Of a DNA stretch of 64,000 nucleotides, positions 57,664-64,000 are shown one piece after another. Each line of letters opens with the position of its first letter. Within the stretch, counting starts at the first letter, position 1. Position numbers and translations under genes: made by a program. Source of the stretch: Setoptus koraiensis (lineage: Eukaryota > Animalia > Arthropoda); the NCBI GenBank assembly GCA_048013815.1, contig CM106585.1, positions 18,662,001 to 18,726,000 of the forward strand, in the 5' to 3' direction. The notes below the pieces were generated by a model. That model saw only the letters and a program-made list of their open reading frames with translations, did not search any database and had not been told where the DNA came from.

Positions 57664-60600
57664 ATGATTGTTGATAATCTTGCGCTGCACATAAAAGCGC
57701 TTCCTATGAGTGATCCTAAAACACAACACCACCACCACCACCACCAACAACAACATCACTACAGCACCTACAATGAAACCTCTGTAACATCATCATCCAG
57801 GATATATCGAACAGCTGTTGGCGCTGATAAAAGTCAGAGTGTTCGAAGTTGCCGTTGTTGTTGTTCTCCTTTCTATCCTCCTTGTATTATTAGTCTTTCT
57901 GATGTAGTAACTACCACCGCCGCAACCACTACTAGCAACGATAAGCGAAAGCCAACTACAACAACCAATTGCAATGCGCTGCAACTACCTACCGCAGTAA
58001 CCTCACATATGGCTGTCACCAATGAAACCGACCATCATCAACGAACGATACTGTCCCCTTGTTGTCTTGTTAGTAAGACCACTTGGCCAACTGATAATAA
58101 TAATGATCAACATGATGACGACGATATTAGCAAGCCCGATTCCTATGCCGTTTTATGCTCTAGATGTAATCGAGAACAACAACATAAAACAACAACAACA
58201 ACATCAACCAACGATATCACTCTCATGATCTCATCGATACCTCCAAAAGAAAGAAAAACCCAATCAAGATTGGCACCACCTATGGGTAATGGAAAAAAAA
58301 TTCTCCTTACGCCACACTTATTATTAATATTAGTGATAAACTTGATAGCTTTACACCATAGACGCCAATCGTCCAGCACCATGAAGAAAACTCTGTTGGA
58401 TTGCTTCAGGTCGAGAAATAACAACAAGCACCAGCTGAATCAATCTATCAAGAATAAGGAGCCAAACTGCACAGTTAGAGCACCACAATCAGTGTTTTGT
58501 TTGTCCCTGCTCCTACTTATATCGTTATCAGCAAGCAATCTTAGTGTCAGTTCGCCTAATATATTACTAGTTCAAGCTTTAACAACATCGAATGTGCAAG
58601 TATTCAATGGGAATGACACTTCTTCAAACCATTTCAAACTTATAGAGCGAGATGGAGATTCATTGCTCGTTGGTGCAAGGTGAGTTTACAGCTGACGTTC
58701 ATTCCAGTGAAGAGAGAAAAAAAGCCATGTCTTTTCACTTTGTATCCCACTTCTTTTGTCAATCAATTAGATTGAGATGTTGTTTGTCAATATGTTCAGT
58801 TTTAGTTAGATCACCAACTTCTGTCTTGTTTCATTTTATTTTGCATTTTATGCACTTTTTTTTATCACTCACTACACAAACCACTATTTATCTATTCATC
58901 TCTATATCTGTACAACTATTTAGCCAACTACCCATCTATCCATCAAAACATCCATCCATCTACCCATCAATCCATCTATCTAACAATGCCTCTATGTATG
59001 ATCACATTATCGCCGACCATAACGATGAGCTGCTATTCATCCAAACGATCTCATACCATTATGGTCATGTTGATTTGCTTGTCCATCAGCATCAGGCGAT
59101 CTGTCAGACAAGTATTTTGTTGACGGAGACGAGTATGCCGAGTTGGCCGTTGTGTCCAATTGCATCTGCCCAGATGGTGCATTAAATGCATCTCTCTTGC
59201 CATCTAAATGCCTCATATACTGATTATTAGTAGCTGATGGTAGTGGTGGCTTGGTCTCGAGCGCTTTATCTATCTGCAATGACGATTTGGCCAGTCTTTG
59301 CCTAATTGTACTGTATTCTATTCGCTGTCTGTTGTCCTGTCTATGTAAATTGTCTGCTATATCTGCCAGTTTATTTCGATCGTCAAATTTACCAACATTG
59401 TACGACGGACTAGACGGTAGAGATGAGCCATCAATGGATGTTTCATTATCATGTATACATGTTGTCCTCATTAGATTGAAATAGAATTTCGCCACTACAT
59501 CGGCCAATGGCGTATGTGCCCGTTTTAGGCAAACGAGAAAATTTTCATCACATAAACAGTGGGAGCGCGTATAGAAGGACCAATTGAATAATCCATATCC
59601 TCTGCTAAATGCATTCAAGCGTATCGGACAAAAATCATGCGCCCTGCAACATATATCTAAATCACTTTCAATGCCCAGATCATTGTAGCTAGTCGCTCTA
59701 TCTCCCATTCCACACCAATTAGTACCAGGAAGAATACCACGCCAAATTGCCAGCAGATCTTTTGTGTCGTAATAAGATATTTCATTTAAAGCTTCCTTGA
59801 TTGTACCTTTTGATGTATTGATTGGAGCTGGCGATTGCGTGTTGATTTGCTGTTGCTGTTGTGGACTGTTCATTAGCGAGCCTAATGTTCTCGCAGATGA
59901 TGACCTTGCTAAATTGTTAATTGTAGACAATTCATTCGCAATATGATTGGCCATAACTTGCTGATACGGCGACTGTTGTTGGTCATTAATGGGCTGAGTG
60001 AGAACAAGTTTAGATGGTGGCGGCCTCTCTATGATAAGCGCTGTCCTCTGGGGTGTTGGTCCACTACCACCACCCATTGGTGTCATTGTTAGTGGCTGTT
60101 GTTGTGGATGAGCAGCATTGTTTATACGACGCTGTCTTGCTATGTTGGTGCACGACTCAATCAAATTCATCATTTCTTTGAATCCAATATCGCTGGTTGA
60201 CATATCATACTTAGCCTCAAAAAGTGCCACATCCGAGGAATGTCTCTCTAAATCAACAAGGTGACAATTTAGTAGGCGTCTTTGTTCTTCATTGGTGTAT
60301 ACAATTGAGGCAAACGTTTTGTTATTACGAAAGAATTGCATCACTGTCTTGTTGTTCACATCGGCCGCCACCGCCTTGCCATGACCTAAAAATCCTGTCA
60401 CCAATTTTGATTGGTCTGGCGAAAACACTTGCCTATCGGTCAGAGGCAATAACAATCTCCGAATGAGTGTATCAAACTCTTCATGGTGCGCTTTTAAAGC
60501 ATCATTTAATTTTTGTTGTAGTTGAAGCGATGCTGCTACTGTCTCGGCGCTATCATTGAGATTTATGTTGAAATTAAAGAAATTTTCATCGTGATGATCA

Positions 60601-61382
60601 TTTAATTGTGCGTTTGGTGGTATTGCTGCGAACAAAGGATTCGGGCCCAAAATTAATTTTTGTGGCGGTTGAGGCAGCACGCCAATCTTCGTTCTAATAG
60701 TGGAATCAGTAAGATTTTCTATGGGCGCGAAGAAAGACGACGAAGAGTCTGGTCTGGTGGCCGTTTTGGCTGGCGCAATGATTGCGCTTAATTTAGCTAG
60801 AGCGATGTTGTCACTGTTATGTAATAAAGCCACAAATAGTATCATGACAGTTAGCACCAATAATAGTGGCGCCATTAAACCATTGTTGACATACATGCGT
60901 AATTATTGTTGTTTTGGTCTTGACTGGCCTTATGTTGTTTTTATTGGTTTGCGCATTAAAATGATACACTTGAATTGTAATTTTAAAATATACAAAGTCT
61001 CAAAACAAAGAGAAACAACAATAGTTGGACGACATGAAACGACGCCGCTATAGAGGAAATGGTGCAAATTAATTCAACTGCACGTTTATTGCACCTGAAC
61101 TTTTCTTTTCCTTTCTATTCACTATTCGATTCCATTCTCGAATGAATGGCAGCAAAAAAATGTTATGAATTAATGATGAAACTAGAATACGCAATTTATG
61201 TCCCTGCGAAATAGTACTAACTCTCTCTTCTTCTTTTTTCATCTTCCATTTATCACATCAACCATGATGCCCGCCCGATGTCACCCCTACAACAAACATC
61301 ATACTGTGACTATAACACATCAAACGATATTAACAGAAACATTATCTACAACATCAGTCTATCGACGCTAACAGAGAACAGG
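57664..61382 (+). CDS. Sema1a: Semaphorin-1a, 5' exons (57664?-58679 and 61337-61382); the gene continues beyond the window
   Basis: VQVFNGNDTSSNHFKLIERDGDSLLVGA(R) ends at AG|GTGAGT. The 46-nt exon AACAG|A AAC ATT ATC TAC AAC ATC AGT CTA...AGG|GTAAGT gives R-NIIYNISLSTLTENR, the expected continuation (GARN.VYNISL). The start codon is uncertain (57664, 58282 or 58381). Confidence 0.9.
59037..60896 (-). CDS. Group III (bee-venom-type) secreted phospholipase A2, 619 aa, intronless, nested in the semaphorin intron
   Basis: GILPGTNWCGMG (Ca-loop), DICCRAHDFC (catalytic His-Asp), YTRSHCLCDENFLVCLK and FYFNL..TC; N-terminal hydrophobic signal or anchor. Confidence 0.93.
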   Translation of the reverse strand: MYVNNGLMAPLLLVLTVMILFVALLHNSDNIALAKLSAIIAPAKTATRPDSSSSFFAPIENLTDSTIRTKIGVLPQPPQKLILGPNPLFAAIPPNAQLNDHHDENFFNFNINLNDSAETVAASLQLQQKLNDALKAHHEEFDTLIRRLLLPLTDRQVFSPDQSKLVTGFLGHGKAVAADVNNKTVMQFFRNNKTFASIVYTNEEQRRLLNCHLVDLERHSSDVALFEAKYDMSTSDIGFKEMMNLIESCTNIARQRRINNAAHPQQQPLTMTPMGGGSGPTPQRTALIIERPPPSKLVLTQPINDQQQSPYQQVMANHIANELSTINNLARSSSARTLGSLMNSPQQQQQINTQSPAPINTSKGTIKEALNEISYYDTKDLLAIWRGILPGTNWCGMGDRATSYNDLGIESDLDICCRAHDFCPIRLNAFSRGYGLFNWSFYTRSHCLCDENFLVCLKRAHTPLADVVAKFYFNLMRTTCIHDNETSIDGSSLPSSPSYNVGKFDDRNKLADIADNLHRQDNRQRIEYSTIRQRLAKSSLQIDKALETKPPLPSATNNQYMRHLDGKRDAFNAPSGQMQLDTTANSAYSSPSTKYLSDRSPDADGQANQHDHNGMRSFG

Positions 61383-64000
61383 GTAAGTGTCATCATCATC
61401 ACCGTGTGTTTGTGACTGCCAAGCTAATTACATTTCTGTTGCTCCTTGCTGATTACTCAATCTGCCCCAGACACTCATCATGTCTCGCGTGTATCAGTAA
61501 TTTAAATTTCCGTGTGTGTGTGTGTGCAATATGTGTGTCGCATCCTGTCTTTTGAGTGATCTAGTTACGTCCAGTTGCGTTGTCCACTCCTGAAATTAGT
61601 GGGCGCAATATAGCGACCATCCATTGCAAGTCCGCGTTGGATCATTATGTAATTGAAGTGCGAACTGGCGTGCTGCCACATACAACACGGCCACTGTGTT
61701 GTGTTGGCCACTCGATCCCCATAGGTCGTAGCTTCAACAAACTGGCAGCTCGCCAAAACTATCCGCGTGTGTGCAGCGCGTTACTCTAATCTGGGCGCGC
61801 GCGCGCGTGAGCGCAATCTTGCAGTCGCGGTTTTGGTCACTCGCCGGCCAAGCTAGCTACACATTGCGTGCCAGCTACTTGTGCTCCTAATATATCTCTC
61901 GATGTGATCCGTTTTATACTGTGTGTGTGTGAGTGTTATTATTAAAAATGTTTGTGTGTGGCACGTCGTACGTGAAAGAGACTCGAAAGTTTCAATCGTC
62001 GACCTGAAATAAACAACCATCGGCGACCTGGCACAATGCTGAAAGCTGGCCAGCCCATTGGAACGCGATTGAGCACCCAACTAAGGTTTCGCCTCTCCTC
62101 GGCTTGTCACCAGGGAGAAAGCGAGAGCAAGTGAGGCCCGTGTTGTGTTCTCGTCGTCGTTGTTGTAGTTGTTGTTGTTTATACCGTGTCTAGTTGTCAC
62201 CTAAAGCTCATGATTGATCACCAGCCGAAATAGTGGAGCTCGCTGTGTGTGTGTGTGTCGCGCAGGTCGGCCTGTTCCACATTTTTGCCATTACTATTGC
62301 TTTCAGACACGTGAAGCCTCAAGTTTGAGGCTCGAATCAGCGCTTCTCTCGTGGGGCTCCTCTGTTCTCATCGAACTCCACACACACACACAATCATAGA
62401 ATTTGATATTCGAACCAGAACACACATCCCAGCATGAGTGTGTGTGTGTGTGCTGTCAGCAAAAGAATGACGAACGAGTAGAGCGGTAGAGTAGTAGTTG
62501 GCTAATATCGGCCCAGATACATTTTGCAGGCGTTACGTTTTATTATTTAGCCACACTAGTATTTTATTTTCTGCCCGATTATCATTTCTGGCCATCGGTT
62601 TGACCAAACTTGCGTAACCAGGCTGACCAATGGATTCGCGTGAATCACTCACACACACTGATCATTCGCATATTTTTTATATCTAGTGTCACCCCAGAGG
62701 CCTCCGTCGCGCCACGCAAAGTGCACTAACCGGCCGCACCCATTCCCTCGCCAATGTGCACCGGCCACAAGCGGGCGTGACCTCACAAGTCAGAGCGAGA
62801 GAGTGTCAGAGCGAGCTGCAGGCCGGTGACACAGCCAGCTAGCTTGCCAGACCGGAGCAGCTGTTGTTTGTTTGTCAATTCATTGCGCAATCCGTGATCT
62901 ATGTTTATTCGTGTCTTTGGCACAGTGTCTCGCCATTGGCCCATCGATCGTCAGTATATTAACAAGCAGCAGCAGCAACAAATATAAATATATCAGATAT
63001 TTATGTATCAGATGTGTGTATGTGATGTATGCGCGCCATTTGCATGGTCACTGTCTGGGCGTCTTGGTGTGCAATTGCATCGGCGCTGCTGTTTGGCCGA
63101 TTATTGATCGCCTAAGTGGGGTTCACACTTGAACACAAACGCAACGCACCTAACAGCGCAGCCAACTTGACTTGCATGAGCTGTTACATCAATTGATTGT
63201 GATAAGCCGATTTGTTTTTTGCTCTGCCTCTCTCTCTCTCTCGCTTTGTCGTGTGTGAGTCTCACCATTTGGAGCGCGCAATTTCTTTTAGAGGCGCTTT
63301 GTCTTACATAAAGGATATATTGTTACTCCGACGAGACCACTATTGCATAAGCGCACAAACAAGAGCAGCGTCAGCACAGAGTTGCTGTTGTTCTCGCTGT
63401 TGCTGCTGTCGTTGTTGTTTGTCGGTTGTCGGTCGTTGGTTGTTGGAGATGCGTCCACACTCGCGGCTCAGAATAGCTGACAGCGTTCGATTTAGCTCTG
63501 CCATTCGATGCGACCCGATCCATTTGATACATTCAAATTGTTTGTCGTTGTTTTTATCCAAATTGTTTTTATCTAGTTGCTTTATAGACTGAAGTGCAAG
63601 TGTATAACTTGTACACAGTATAAGTGAGCGAGCGGACAGAATAAAATAGAAAATAAAGAGAGAAAGTGGCGCGCCACATCGCAGCCAGTAACGGATGAGC
63701 CGTGACCAGTGGATGGTCGCGCCAGTTTGGGCCTCCACGCTCGACACGGATATTGGCGACGCAACTGGCTAGATACGAAACGAAAGAGGGCCACTGCATG
63801 CAAGAGATAGATAGGCCGCAGGATCGAGGCGGCGGGGGATATAATTGATTTATTGAATGCGCGCACCGTCCACTGTTTGTGCCAGCAGCCAAGTTTGTCT
63901 TGCCGGCACAGCGACATGCCTAAAGTGTGCAACCCGCAACAGCGACGCTCAAGTTGTTGCAGTTGTTGGCTCGCCAAACTGTGCCGGCAACTAGAGTGTG

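Overview
This is eukaryotic nuclear DNA from a very compact, intron-poor animal genome. Arthropod-like proteins, intronless NUP188/NUP107/CALR/ADK/SMPD4 and AAC/CA/GA-rich intergenic DNA suggest a chelicerate such as an eriophyoid-type mite; this is inference only. The first ~43 kb is gene-dense, often in head-to-head pairs: PCMT1 (5' part), the last two exons of a PDIA6-like gene, RPS8 (6 exons, hosting two box C/D snoRNAs), a 1292-aa orphan, NDUFC2, an 87-aa ORF, PLEKHF2, MRPL45, a PDZ protein, a tetraspanin, SMPD4, a CDKL kinase, ADK, a Spc24-like coiled-coil protein, CALR, MRPS16, two acyl-CoA delta-9 desaturase paralogs, NUP188 and NUP107. About 14 kb with no convincing coding exons follows, containing perfect hairpins and minisatellites. 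The window ends with the 5' exons of a semaphorin-1a gene, which has an intronless group III phospholipase A2 gene nested antisense in its intron. Best leads: (1) a ~300-bp direct repeat, resembling a desaturase 5' leader exon, that brackets the NUP188/NUP107 pair; (2) a 25-bp module shared by two bidirectional promoters; (3) a 26-aa desaturase C-terminal tail with synonymous-only divergence; (4) a 22-bp-stem pri-miRNA-like hairpin; (5) an in-frame alternative acceptor that would break the PLEKHF2 FYVE finger. I saw no CRISPR arrays, tRNAs, rRNAs or transposase ORFs. Homology calls come from motif recognition by eye, not database searches.
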